Position numbers and translations under genes: made by a program | Source: Bacteroidales bacterium | GTDB lineage: Bacteria; Bacteroidota; Bacteroidia; Bacteroidales; B18-G4 | Direction: 5' to 3' | Assembly: GCA_030606625.1 (NCBI GenBank) | Contig: JAUWGC010000001.1 | Location: 1-50,751, forward strand | Length of the DNA stretch: 50,751 nt | Notes under the pieces: model-generated | The model's database searches: none | The model's input: the letters and a program-made list of their open reading frames with translations, nothing else | Told to the model about the DNA's origin: nothing | Shown here: in pieces, positions 29,301 to 39,069 of the stretch | How the letters are laid out: every line of letters starts with the position of its first letter | Numbering within the stretch: position 1 is the stretch's first letter

Positions 29301-29690
29301 GGCTTCGATCAATGCCAAACTCGCAATGTCATTATCAGAGTATTTCAGCTGAATTGTGTTTAAAAGCTTATCGCTGACTTCCGGAAAATGCTTTCCAATA
29401 ATCTCTGCTGCCTGTTCTCTGGAAATGGTTTTACCTGCCTTTAATATTTTTAAGATGGTGGAGATAATGAATTTCCATAGTATTAAAGTATTGCTGACAA
29501 GATAAATATAAAATAAGATAGTTCTGGAAACAGGATTGAAATAAGCAAAATATTCGAGCAGGGTTACCAGCAAATAAAACAAAACAAATAATGCAACACA
29601 ATAAATTCCACCTCTAATAAGCTGATTTTTATAGTATTTACGTATGAAGTGATCAAGTTTTCGAATTAATATGTTGAAACTGTCTGACAT
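26343..29690 (-). CDS. Large membrane-anchored coiled-coil protein (resembles Bacteroidota DUF4175-type proteins)
   Basis: 1115 aa. Two or three N-terminal TM helices, a beta-rich middle part, then about 500 aa of K/E/Q/D-rich heptad coiled coil and a Ser/Gly/Lys patch (CSSSSCQSSGSPKPGKGKSGK). The family name is from memory only. Confidence 0.55.
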   Translation of the reverse strand: MSDSFNILIRKLDHFIRKYYKNQLIRGGIYCVALFVLFYLLVTLLEYFAYFNPVSRTILFYIYLVSNTLILWKFIISTILKILKAGKTISREQAAEIIGKHFPEVSDKLLNTIQLKYSDNDIASLALIEASIEQRTRQLNPIPFAKAIDFRGNKKYLKYAFPPVLILILIMLVSPKLITEPSYRIIHYNEYFEKGRPYELVIMNHPLEAVQQEDFRLEVKVLGDETPSSIYIEYNNGKFRLSRESSVEFDYTFINVQKDIDFKLVTDEYTSTGYTLKVIPKPIILNFEVIIDHPEYTGKHDETLNNAGDIVIPEGTVLAWKFYTRDATGIHLHFNKKSKVISGQNSNTFTYSDKFFESQNYSVSIFNSYLKNPDSLIYSITVFPDIYPSIIVEEFKDSLLSINLYFRGLIKDDYGFDRLTFNYIFLNNFDSARIKDRIISEQIPISSQVNQQQFFHHFNLNELNTGPGDKLEYYFEVWDNDGVNGSKKTRSQKMFFRAPTLEEIEKETDKSSDRIKDDLEQSLKDINLLQKQIDKIQKKLVNKENLSWEDKQQLQDMLDQQMNLQNKIDNIKQENIQKSLKEQQYKEINQDILEKQKQLEELFDELMTDEIKELFEELHKLLNEIDKDKVNEMLEKIKMGTEEISKELDRTLELFKQLEFDKKLTETIYKLNKLSAEQDKLSHNTKDRKNDLDDLENQQQELNEKFQEIRDDLDDLEQKNKELEEPNDLINTDNSEQEIQQDMENSLNSLQNNQRRNASKSQKNASEQMQQLSDFLISMQQFMTQQSLMEDIHALREILENLVQLSFDQEDLMKDLIRTNVSDPRYIQLIQDQSKINDDLQMVEDSLYALSKRQISIQSFVNREIELINRNVEETLKFMHNHRKGNASTKQQYVMTSINNLALLLSEALRQMEQNLSMCSSSSCQSSGSPKPGKGKSGKNSMSDLQKQLNKSIEQLKNGMEGKDKGHSPMGGQSMSEQLARLAAQQEAIRRQLQEYLDQIKEGGVAGDAGINKLMDDMEKSEEDLVNKMLTNETLKRQQDIFTRLLKHDKAEKERKKEERRESIDAKNQKYSNPNEFIEYKRLRMYEAELLKTVPPQLRLFYKNKVTEYFYNFIE

Positions 29691-29835
29691 ACTTAAAACA
29701 AATATTTTAAAGCGTTAAATGCACTGGAGTTATAAAACGAATTTTAAAAATGATTATTTTTGCTCTTGTTGACAAAGGTAATATATGAATATTGATTTTA
29801 AAACTTAATTGAGTGTATTTTAAAAACAGTGAACA

Positions 29836-31800
29836 ATGAAAAAAGCTTTCACCTTTCTGATATTCGGTTTTCTTGCAGTTAATGTTTTCTCCCAGTGGGC
29901 TCACGAAATGCTTCCGCAGCATTATTGCAGTCAAGCAAAGATACAAAGCCAAAAAGATTATGTATTTAAGCCTGCCGACCAGACAGATCTGCTGTTTGAT
30001 TATGATGTTAAATTTTATTTCCTGGATATTTCTGTTGAACGGAACTCAATTTACGTTTCGGGGAATGTTACAATCAATGCTGTTGTGATCTCAGTTACAT
30101 TAGACACATTTGCCGTTGAGCTTGTGCCTGAACTTACGGTTGATTCGGTTGTAATCAATGGCCAGCTGCTTGCCCATTCACATAATGATGACGAGATTTA
30201 TATTCCGCTGCCATCGCCCTTAAGCCAGGGAGATGATATTACAGCTCAGGTCTTTTATCACGGAACACCTCCTACAGGAGGATTCTTTTATGGTATCCAT
30301 ACTGCTCATTCTTCTGCATGGGACAAAGATGTTACATGGACATTATCCGAACCTTTTGCTGCGAAGGAATGGTGGCCGACCAAACAGGTGCTGGAAGACA
30401 AAGCAGACTCGGTTTGGGTGTTTATAACAACAGATCAGAGCAATAAGGCAGGATCACAAGGCTTATTAAAAGCAGTTACCCCGATGGGAAACAACAAGAT
30501 GCGGTATGAATGGAAATCAGGATACACGATCGATTATTACCTGATTTCCGTTGCTGTATCTGAATACCAGGAATATAATATTTATGCAAAGCCGGCAGCA
30601 TTAGGTGGTGATTCCATTCTTATCCAGAATTATATTTACGACAGCCCCGGATGCCTGGCTTATTACCAGGATGGGATAGATAATACGATCGAATTCATTG
30701 AGTTGTTCTCCGATCTTTACGGGCTTTATCCCTTCTACGAAGAAAAATACGGACATTGCCTTGCCCAAATGGGAGGAATGGAACACCAGACAATGACAAC
30801 CATCGGAAGTTTTAATTTTGGACTAGTATCTCATGAGTTAGGTCATATGTGGTTTGGTGATAATGTAACCTGCGCTACATGGAGTGATATCTGGATCAAT
30901 GAAGGATTTGCTACGTATTCCGATTATCTGGCACATGAAAAAATTGCAGGTCCTCCATGGCCAGCTATCTGGTTGGAAAATGTCCATAGTAATGTTATGT
31001 CACAACCAGGAGGAAGTGTTTACATACCGCCAAGCCAGGCTACTAATATCTGGAGAATTTTCGATAGCAGATTATCATACAATAAAGGAGCGTCGATAAT
31101 TCATATGATCCGTTTTGAATTGCAGGATGACAGTGTTTTCTTTAAGGTCTTGCAGGACTTCCAGGTACAGTTCAGGGACAGTGTTGCAACAGGGCTGGAT
31201 TTCAAAGGAGTGCTGGAAGATGTTAGTGGTATGGATTTCACGGATTTCTTTGAACAGTGGTATTTTGGTGAGGGTTATCCGATTTATGAAATAGTATGGA
31301 ATCAGGATAATGGTTATTTCAATATGAATGTAACCCAGACAACCTCATTCACAGTAACAACCCTATTTAAAATGCTCATGCCCTATAAGCTTAACTTTGA
31401 TGATGGATCGAGTATTACATTGTTGCTTTATCAGACAGATAATTTCAACCAATTTTCAGTGCCAATAAGCAAGACAATTGACAGCATAGAAGTAGACCCG
31501 GATTTATGGGTGCTGGATAAGGTAACTAGTATCATAATAGGGATTGAAGAGATTGAAAACCCTGTTCATTTCACATTTGGTCCTAATCCCATAAGAGATA
31601 ACCTGAATATCTTCCTTTCACATGAACTAAATCGTGAGGTTCAGGTAATTATTACCGACCTTTCGGGAAGGGAAATCTTCAGGTCCTCTGTCCCCGACAG
31701 GAAGATCAATCTGAATGTAAGTGGCATGAGTAAAGGTGTTTATTTCATTCGCATTTATGACGGAGTGAATACACTAACGAAAAAATTCATAAAGATTTGA
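29836..31800 (+). CDS. M1 family zinc metallopeptidase with T9SS C-terminal sorting domain
   Basis: 654 aa with a signal peptide. HELGHMWFGD (HExxH) plus WINEGFATY, and a C-terminal ...LSGREIF...GVYFIRIYDGVNTLTKKFIKI T9SS CTD pattern. Confidence 0.85.
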   Translation: MKKAFTFLIFGFLAVNVFSQWAHEMLPQHYCSQAKIQSQKDYVFKPADQTDLLFDYDVKFYFLDISVERNSIYVSGNVTINAVVISVTLDTFAVELVPELTVDSVVINGQLLAHSHNDDEIYIPLPSPLSQGDDITAQVFYHGTPPTGGFFYGIHTAHSSAWDKDVTWTLSEPFAAKEWWPTKQVLEDKADSVWVFITTDQSNKAGSQGLLKAVTPMGNNKMRYEWKSGYTIDYYLISVAVSEYQEYNIYAKPAALGGDSILIQNYIYDSPGCLAYYQDGIDNTIEFIELFSDLYGLYPFYEEKYGHCLAQMGGMEHQTMTTIGSFNFGLVSHELGHMWFGDNVTCATWSDIWINEGFATYSDYLAHEKIAGPPWPAIWLENVHSNVMSQPGGSVYIPPSQATNIWRIFDSRLSYNKGASIIHMIRFELQDDSVFFKVLQDFQVQFRDSVATGLDFKGVLEDVSGMDFTDFFEQWYFGEGYPIYEIVWNQDNGYFNMNVTQTTSFTVTTLFKMLMPYKLNFDDGSSITLLLYQTDNFNQFSVPISKTIDSIEVDPDLWVLDKVTSIIIGIEEIENPVHFTFGPNPIRDNLNIFLSHELNREVQVIITDLSGREIFRSSVPDRKINLNVSGMSKGVYFIRIYDGVNTLTKKFIKI

Positions 31801-31826
31801 TGCTTATTGTTATAGGGTGAGTGGTT

Positions 31827-31854
31827 CTGGATCACAGATCCAGTATCCAGTATC
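31827..31854 (+). terminator. Hairpin CTGGATC-aca-GATCCAG followed by (ATCCAGT)x2 heptads, downstream of the M1 peptidase gene
   Basis: 7-bp perfect stem at 31827-31843. The T tract is weak and interrupted, so terminator function is uncertain. Confidence 0.3.
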
Positions 31855-31859
31855 TTTCC

Positions 31860-31867
31860 TATCTTTG
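31860..31867 (+). promoter_or_regulatory. TATCTTTG, a TAnnTTTG -7 box upstream of gltX
   Basis: Exact consensus match ending 19 nt before the ATG at 31887. This favours 31887 over 31875 as the gltX start. Confidence 0.35.
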
Positions 31868-31886
31868 CCAATAAATGCTGAACAAA

Positions 31887-33419
<1,533 letters not shown>

Positions 33420-33452
33420 CTTGATAAATTCATAAATTAATAAAAAAGACAA

Positions 33453-33540
33453 AAGACAAAAGGAAAAAGACAAAAGATTCGGTTTGAGCCACTTTTATCT
33501 TTATACTTTTGTCTTTTATCTTCTGCATGAATAATGCAGT
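33453..33540 (-). repeat. Repeat family B copy 2 (88 nt, inverted relative to copy 1)
   Basis: The reverse complement aligns to 16183-16270 with only a few substitutions. It lies 33 nt downstream of the gltX stop. Confidence 0.9.
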
Positions 33541-33567
33541 TTAGTATTTAATTAAAAATCATAACTA

Positions 33568-33918
33568 ATGTCTACGATTTCAATCGAGGGCATGGAATTC
33601 TACGCCTATCATGGCTGTTTTTATGAAGAACAGATCATTGGAACGAAGTTTTTGGTTGATTTATACCTTGAAACTGACACCAGCGAGGCGGAAAAATCAG
33701 ACAAATTGAAACAAACAGTGAACTATCAGGATGTTTATTTGTTAGTGAAGAATGAGATGGAAAAAAAATCCAATTTACTTGAGAATGTTGCACGGAGGAT
33801 ATTAAATTCTATTGGAAAAAGGTATCCTCAAATAATGTTTCTGCGTATAAAACTATCAAAAATGAATCCTCCTATCGGGGGTAAAGTAGAAAGAGTAAGC
33901 CTGACATTAGAAAAGTAA
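33568..33918 (+). CDS. folB: Dihydroneopterin aldolase
   Basis: 116 aa. GMEFYAYHGCFYEEQIIGTKFLVDL... is the typical FolB pattern. Confidence 0.85.
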   Translation: MSTISIEGMEFYAYHGCFYEEQIIGTKFLVDLYLETDTSEAEKSDKLKQTVNYQDVYLLVKNEMEKKSNLLENVARRILNSIGKRYPQIMFLRIKLSKMNPPIGGKVERVSLTLEK

Positions 33919-33920
33919 AG

Positions 33921-34112
33921 ATGGAAAAACTATACAAAATAAAAAGTATTACATGTCCTTATTGCGGCAAAGAATACAAATGCCTCAGCATGCAGGGTTG
34001 CTGCTGTGAAGAGGGACATCATTCACAGGGAATCCCAGGAGGGGATAAAAATTTCCATAAGCCATGCCCATGTACGGATTGCTTACGGGTGATCGCGGAG
34101 CATACCAAGTGA
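33921..34112 (+). CDS. Cysteine/histidine-rich small protein (63 aa), function unknown
   Basis: The ATG is 2 nt after the folB stop. 9 Cys and 4 His in 63 aa: CPYC...C...CCC...HH...H..CPC..C. The Cys pairs are zinc-ribbon-like. Confidence 0.5.
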   Translation: MEKLYKIKSITCPYCGKEYKCLSMQGCCCEEGHHSQGIPGGDKNFHKPCPCTDCLRVIAEHTK

Positions 34113-34173
34113 GGCTTAACATCAAGCCAACTATACAACATAATAAAATAACAGACGAATTGAAATATTTTCT

Positions 34174-34181
34174 ATATTTGC
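34174..34181 (+). promoter_or_regulatory. TATATTTG, a TAnnTTTG -7 box upstream of tRNA-Cys
   Basis: Exact consensus match ending 13 nt before the first base of the mature tRNA. Confidence 0.4.
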
Positions 34182-34194
34182 ATTTGTAATTATG

Positions 34195-34265
34195 GTCACG
34201 TGGCCGAGTGGCTAGGCAGTGGTCTGCAAAACCATGTACAGCGGTTCGACTCCGCTCGTGACCTC
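34195..34265 (+). tRNA. tRNA-Cys (anticodon GCA)
   Basis: Hand-folded cloverleaf. Acceptor GGTCACG/CGTGACC, anticodon stem GTGGT/ACCAT with loop CTGCAAA, T arm AGCGG-TTCGACT-CCGCT. No encoded CCA. Confidence 0.9.
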
Positions 34266-34306
34266 AAAAAGAGATGTCATCTCAAGGAGATGACATCTCT
34301 TTTTTA
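34266..34306. terminator. Bidirectional intrinsic terminator between tRNA-Cys and the convergent cysK
   Basis: AAAAA-AGAGATGTCATCT-caagg-AGATGACATCTCT-TTTTT: a 13-bp perfect stem flanked by an A tract and a T tract. Confidence 0.85.
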
Positions 34307-34310
34307 TTTA

Positions 34311-35198
34311 TTAATATTTAAATAAATCCATGCTGAGATACCTATCCCCTCTGTCTGGTAAAACCGTAACAATTTTGTTAAACATCTTGGCTAATTTTAA
34401 TGCAGCAAGAATGTTTGCCCCGGAACTAATTCCAACCAGTAAACCATATTTACTTGAAAGTTTTCTTGCCATATTAACTGCTTCGACACTTCCTACAATG
34501 ATAGTTCTATCGACTTTTCTTTTATCTATTAACTGGGGTATGAAACCATCGCCAATTCCTTGAATACTATGCTCGCTGATCTTGATATTGCTGCCCCCGA
34601 ACATAACAGCAGCTTCTTCTGGTTCTATTGCAATTACTTTTAAATTTGGATTGGCCTCTTTCATGACATTTGAAATACCCATTAATGTACCGCCTGTACC
34701 AACCCCTGCTACAACTGCGTCTACTGGTCCGATTTCTTTAAGGATTTCTCTACCGGTTTTTTCTTGAGCTTTGATATTATTAGGATTGCTAAACTGCCTT
34801 GCCATAAATGTTCGGGGTTCTTTTGCCATATCTTCTGCTTTTTCTATAGCTTCTTTTAGGCTCCCGCTTTTTGAGGTTAATATAAGTTCAGCTCCAAATG
34901 CCCTCATCATTTGTTTTCTTTCTTCACTCATATTTTGAGGCATAACTATGATCATCTTATAACCTTTGGCAGCAGCAATCATGGATAAAGATATTCCTGT
35001 ATTTCCACTACTTGCTTCAATTATTGTATAGCCTTTTTTTAATTTTTCTTCTCTTTCTGCAGCTTCGATTATTTCTAAAGCAACCCTGTCTTTTATGCTG
35101 CCACTTGGATTAATACATTCTAATTTAGCATAAACATTATCTATTTTGATAAGAGGGGTATTTCCTATGTTATCCAATATACCAAAGTTGTTTTTCAT
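34311..35198 (-). CDS. cysK: Cysteine synthase A (O-acetylserine sulfhydrylase), PLP-dependent
   Basis: 295 aa. PLP-lysine motif NPSGSIKDR, SSGNTG, and GVGTGGT. Confidence 0.85.
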   Translation of the reverse strand: MKNNFGILDNIGNTPLIKIDNVYAKLECINPSGSIKDRVALEIIEAAEREEKLKKGYTIIEASSGNTGISLSMIAAAKGYKMIIVMPQNMSEERKQMMRAFGAELILTSKSGSLKEAIEKAEDMAKEPRTFMARQFSNPNNIKAQEKTGREILKEIGPVDAVVAGVGTGGTLMGISNVMKEANPNLKVIAIEPEEAAVMFGGSNIKISEHSIQGIGDGFIPQLIDKRKVDRTIIVGSVEAVNMARKLSSKYGLLVGISSGANILAALKLAKMFNKIVTVLPDRGDRYLSMDLFKY

Positions 35199-35415
35199 AT
35201 TTATTATTAAATTGATAATTAATACTTAAGGTATTTGTTTTAGGGACTTATTTTTATTTTACTTATCGTAAGAGAATATACAATTACTACTATAATGAAG
35301 TAAAAGTAAATATTTATTTCTGTTCTTAACAATAGATTGGGATTGTTAATACAAGAAAGTTTTTATTGGGATAGATCATAAGCAAATGGTCTCCTGATAA
35401 ATAATAAATGAACAA

Positions 35416-38400
35416 TTACCAGATCACAAGTTTTTGTGTGATAAGAACATCCGCACATTTCAGTTGAACGAGATATAAGCCTTGTTTCAGATTGTTGAGG
35501 TTAAGACTTTTACTAAGCTTACCATCGTATGTTATGAATTCTTTCTGATACAGTTCACTTCCTGTAAGGTCGATAATGCTTACCTGAAGTTTAAGACAGT
35601 TAAGGCCGGTCACGATTAGTTCAAACTCACCTTTATTGGGATTGGGATGGATTTGAAAAGTTGGTTTGTCCTGGTTGCTTTCGCTGATTCCCGGACATAT
35701 AACGATGGTGATGTATATTTCATCGGAAGAAGCTTCCGTACATGGATTAATCGGTTCTGCCGTGAGTGTGAGGGTAACACCACCATTTGAAATATCATTA
35801 TTTCCAGGAGTGTAAGTGGCATTTAAAAGTGCCGGATCGTCAAAGTTTCCATCCCCGCTGCTGCTCCACAGAGTAGAACTATAATTTACAGCCGTTCCCG
35901 AAAGGGTAATACTTTCATTATGACAGATCGTGGCATCAGTACCTGCATTAGCTAAAGAAGGTTCCTGCACTTCTACTTCCACGGAAGAATTGACAGTATT
36001 GTAGCCATCGTCAACAGTTACGGTATAAGTAGTAGTGACAAAAGGATAAACAACAGGATTCTGGAGGTTTGATGTGAAACCGGGAGGGTTCGATATCCAG
36101 CTATAGGTATAAGAACCTGAGCCTCCTGAGGGGAAAACATCGAGTTGGGAGCTGTCACCAACACAGATAAAAGAAGGTGAAGCTGTTGCCTGTGCAGCGA
36201 GCGGATTACCATCTACAGTGATCGTAACCTCGTCGCTATTCTCGCAACCAGTGATACTATCTGTGGCAGTGAGTGTAAAGATAGTTGTACTGTATAGGTT
36301 GAATGTTTCGGTGGTAATGTTGGTCGGGTTGACAACAAGGCTCTGGGGTGTCCACAGGTAGCTAAAACTTCCTGAGCCTCCGCTGACTGTTCCGCTGAGG
36401 GTAGTGGTCGTTCCATGTAGTATGATCTGGTCGTCGCCTGCATTCACAAGTTGCAGGCTGTCAATGGTCAGCACCATAAAATCCAACGAATCGATCACAC
36501 AGGGTCCTATGGCGAAGGCGGTAAGAGTCAGCGTAGCCGAACCGTTTGATATATCATTGGTCCCGGGAGTATAAGTAGGATCTAGTATGGTATCATTATT
36601 ATAAATGCCGTCTCCGCTTGTACTCCATAACAGTGAATCAAAATTGGATGCTGAGCCGGATAACTGGCAAATCTCGTTTGCACAAATGGTGTCATTGTTG
36701 CCGGCATTGGCGCCTGGTAATAACTGGAAATACAATATCATGCTATCTAAACTATCACCAGTACAAGGAGCAATAGAATAGGCTGTTAGGTCAAGTTGGA
36801 CCGAACCATTGCTAATATCCAGAGAGCCAGGATAATAGACCGCACTAATAGAAGTTGAATCATTAAATGTTCCATCCCCGTTTGTGACCCATAATACAGA
36901 ATCTGCATTTGGAGCACTGGCCTGGGTGGTAAAGGAAAGGTTCTCACATATTGAGGTATCATTACCGGCAAAAGCCACTGCGTGGATAATAACGGACAGG
37001 TTGGTTGTATCCGACACTGAGTCTGTGAGAGGAGGTATAGCATAGGCAGTAAGGATGAGATCAACGCTTCCAATTGTCAGGTCACCTGTGCCGGGAGTGT
37101 AGTTTGCATTGAGAAGTAATGGATTATCAAAGCTTCCATCTCCCTGGCTTGTCCACAGTATTGAGCTCTGGTTTGACACCGTTGGATTCATCTGCACAGG
37201 GGTGTACTCACAGGTGGAAAGGTCAACGCCTGCATAGACACTTGGCAAAGGGGACTGAAAATAGAAAGATGCGATCCTTGTTTTCCAGGGGGCAGTACCT
37301 GTCGTTTGAAGGTATTCCGTTGTATACCAAAAGGTAGCAGTGTCAACGGGATCAAGAGCCATCATGCTGTAATCACCCCATCTGCATCCGGAACCTGTTT
37401 GAGAACCGGTACCTGCCATGATCTCATCTTCAGCTAAAGTTAATTGTCCCAGGGGATCTGCCGCTAAACGACCGGTGTATCTGATGGAGGGATAGACTGA
37501 TGAACTGGAAACTGAATATCCCACCGCAATATTGCCAAAAGCATCCATGGCCACACTGCCCATCCATCGATGGTCATTGTCCGGTGAGTAGGTTCCCTGC
37601 TGATAGATTTGAAATCCGTTGCCATTGTGAGAATCCCTGATTTCGTACCATCTTACTCCGGCAACCCCGCTGCCAGCATTTACTGTATGGTTTGTAACGA
37701 GGACTTCATGAGTTCCAAAGTTCCGGTATTGCAGGCGGTACATTAACCTGTCTGAAATGGCTTCCAATTTTCTGGATGTTCCGGGCTGGTTGATACACCT
37801 TTCTCTGTATGCATAGCAAATATCATAACTAAATGGAGCTGTTTGCAGGGATAACACTTCAGAGAAGGTGGAGTTGGCCGTATTAGCCCAGTCCACATCA
37901 AATTCCCATATCCTGATCTCATCATAGGGGTATCCCCAGGCATCATCGTTGAAATAAGCAAAATAATTAGGCGTGCCTGCCGGGGGTGGAGTACCGTCAA
38001 AGTCGGAAGGAAGCATGCTAAAGGGGTCACTTCCATATGGAAGGTCGAACAAAACCATAGCGGCACTGGGATTTCCAACCAGCATCAAGTCTCTTTCAAA
38101 AGCTGCAGCAGCAGCTCTGTTGTAACTCCCGAATAAGTTGAAAGAAGCATAATAACCGTCAGGCCAAACGCTTAATTTAGGATAATCATTGAATGCAGGA
38201 AACTGGTAAGCATACTGATAATAGGAGCCTGTCGGATCACCGGTCTCAGAAACAGCAATCAACTCCCAGTAGGTACCGTTGGAAGTATTAATGGCAAACT
38301 GGCTTGCCAGCCAGCGGTCAGCCAGTTCATCGTAAAGTACGATAGGATCCCCGTCGTTAGTACCTGTCCAGGGGCCAATGAATCCGTTCCAAAGTGTGCT

Positions 38401-38850
38401 GTTGTCAACTGGTCCATAAAGGAGTGTTCCGTTCTTGTCATAAATTGCGAATGAAAGATTGATCATTTGGAAATAATGGTTCGGACCAATATCACCCTCG
38501 GTATCGGGAGGATAAACACCATTCACATTACTGACACCATCGAAGTTCTGAGAGATGGAACGTCCGCAGTATTGTCCCATCTGATGTTGTACAACAGGAT
38601 CTGGTATAGTATCCAACTGTTTACACCTTGACGATTTAACATTTTGCTCATTCCTGATCACATTATCTTTCCAGGAACGATCACGCTTACCGGGAATGAT
38701 TTGCTCCATCTCTCGTAAAGGCTTTGTTTTTCTGAAATATTTAGCTTTCTGTACTACAGGATTTGTATATACAGTGTGTTGTGCAAGCAAAGGAATTACT
38801 GTCATTGACGCAACCAGTACCAGAGGTACAAATAATTTGATAGATTTCAT
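35416..38850 (-). CDS. Large secreted T9SS cargo protein with N-terminal propeller-like domain, repeated Cys-containing modules and Ig-like repeats
   Basis: 1144 aa with a signal peptide. Four roughly 90-aa modules carry IC.N....L.G.A.N..S.LW...GDG.F.....L...YTPG..DI.NG...L.LTA. Two GGSGS(F/Y)(S/T)Y.W Ig-like units. The C-terminal ...LTGSELY...GLYLVQLKCADVLITQKLVIW is a T9SS CTD. Confidence 0.8.
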   Translation of the reverse strand: MKSIKLFVPLVLVASMTVIPLLAQHTVYTNPVVQKAKYFRKTKPLREMEQIIPGKRDRSWKDNVIRNEQNVKSSRCKQLDTIPDPVVQHQMGQYCGRSISQNFDGVSNVNGVYPPDTEGDIGPNHYFQMINLSFAIYDKNGTLLYGPVDNSTLWNGFIGPWTGTNDGDPIVLYDELADRWLASQFAINTSNGTYWELIAVSETGDPTGSYYQYAYQFPAFNDYPKLSVWPDGYYASFNLFGSYNRAAAAAFERDLMLVGNPSAAMVLFDLPYGSDPFSMLPSDFDGTPPPAGTPNYFAYFNDDAWGYPYDEIRIWEFDVDWANTANSTFSEVLSLQTAPFSYDICYAYRERCINQPGTSRKLEAISDRLMYRLQYRNFGTHEVLVTNHTVNAGSGVAGVRWYEIRDSHNGNGFQIYQQGTYSPDNDHRWMGSVAMDAFGNIAVGYSVSSSSVYPSIRYTGRLAADPLGQLTLAEDEIMAGTGSQTGSGCRWGDYSMMALDPVDTATFWYTTEYLQTTGTAPWKTRIASFYFQSPLPSVYAGVDLSTCEYTPVQMNPTVSNQSSILWTSQGDGSFDNPLLLNANYTPGTGDLTIGSVDLILTAYAIPPLTDSVSDTTNLSVIIHAVAFAGNDTSICENLSFTTQASAPNADSVLWVTNGDGTFNDSTSISAVYYPGSLDISNGSVQLDLTAYSIAPCTGDSLDSMILYFQLLPGANAGNNDTICANEICQLSGSASNFDSLLWSTSGDGIYNNDTILDPTYTPGTNDISNGSATLTLTAFAIGPCVIDSLDFMVLTIDSLQLVNAGDDQIILHGTTTTLSGTVSGGSGSFSYLWTPQSLVVNPTNITTETFNLYSTTIFTLTATDSITGCENSDEVTITVDGNPLAAQATASPSFICVGDSSQLDVFPSGGSGSYTYSWISNPPGFTSNLQNPVVYPFVTTTYTVTVDDGYNTVNSSVEVEVQEPSLANAGTDATICHNESITLSGTAVNYSSTLWSSSGDGNFDDPALLNATYTPGNNDISNGGVTLTLTAEPINPCTEASSDEIYITIVICPGISESNQDKPTFQIHPNPNKGEFELIVTGLNCLKLQVSIIDLTGSELYQKEFITYDGKLSKSLNLNNLKQGLYLVQLKCADVLITQKLVIW

Positions 38851-39069
38851 AATGATAAAATATTATGATTCGGGTTTAATATAAATATACATGAAAAATC
38901 GAATAAAGTTACTGTTAAACAGCTTAAATTTTGATATTTATTGTATATTTTATTCTTTACCCTGTAGAATATTGAATTAATTTGTTATGTATTGAAAAAT
39001 ATTATATTTTAGTGGATTAAAATACAAGAAAATAGAAATAAATTCTAATTAATCATAAAATTATATTAA

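Noticed and set aside
36018-37073. Several 64-95-aa minus-strand ORFs in alternative frames inside the T9SS cargo gene
   Set aside because: They lie wholly inside a long ORF that has a signal peptide, repeat modules and a T9SS CTD. They are alternative-frame artefacts of relatively GC-rich coding DNA.
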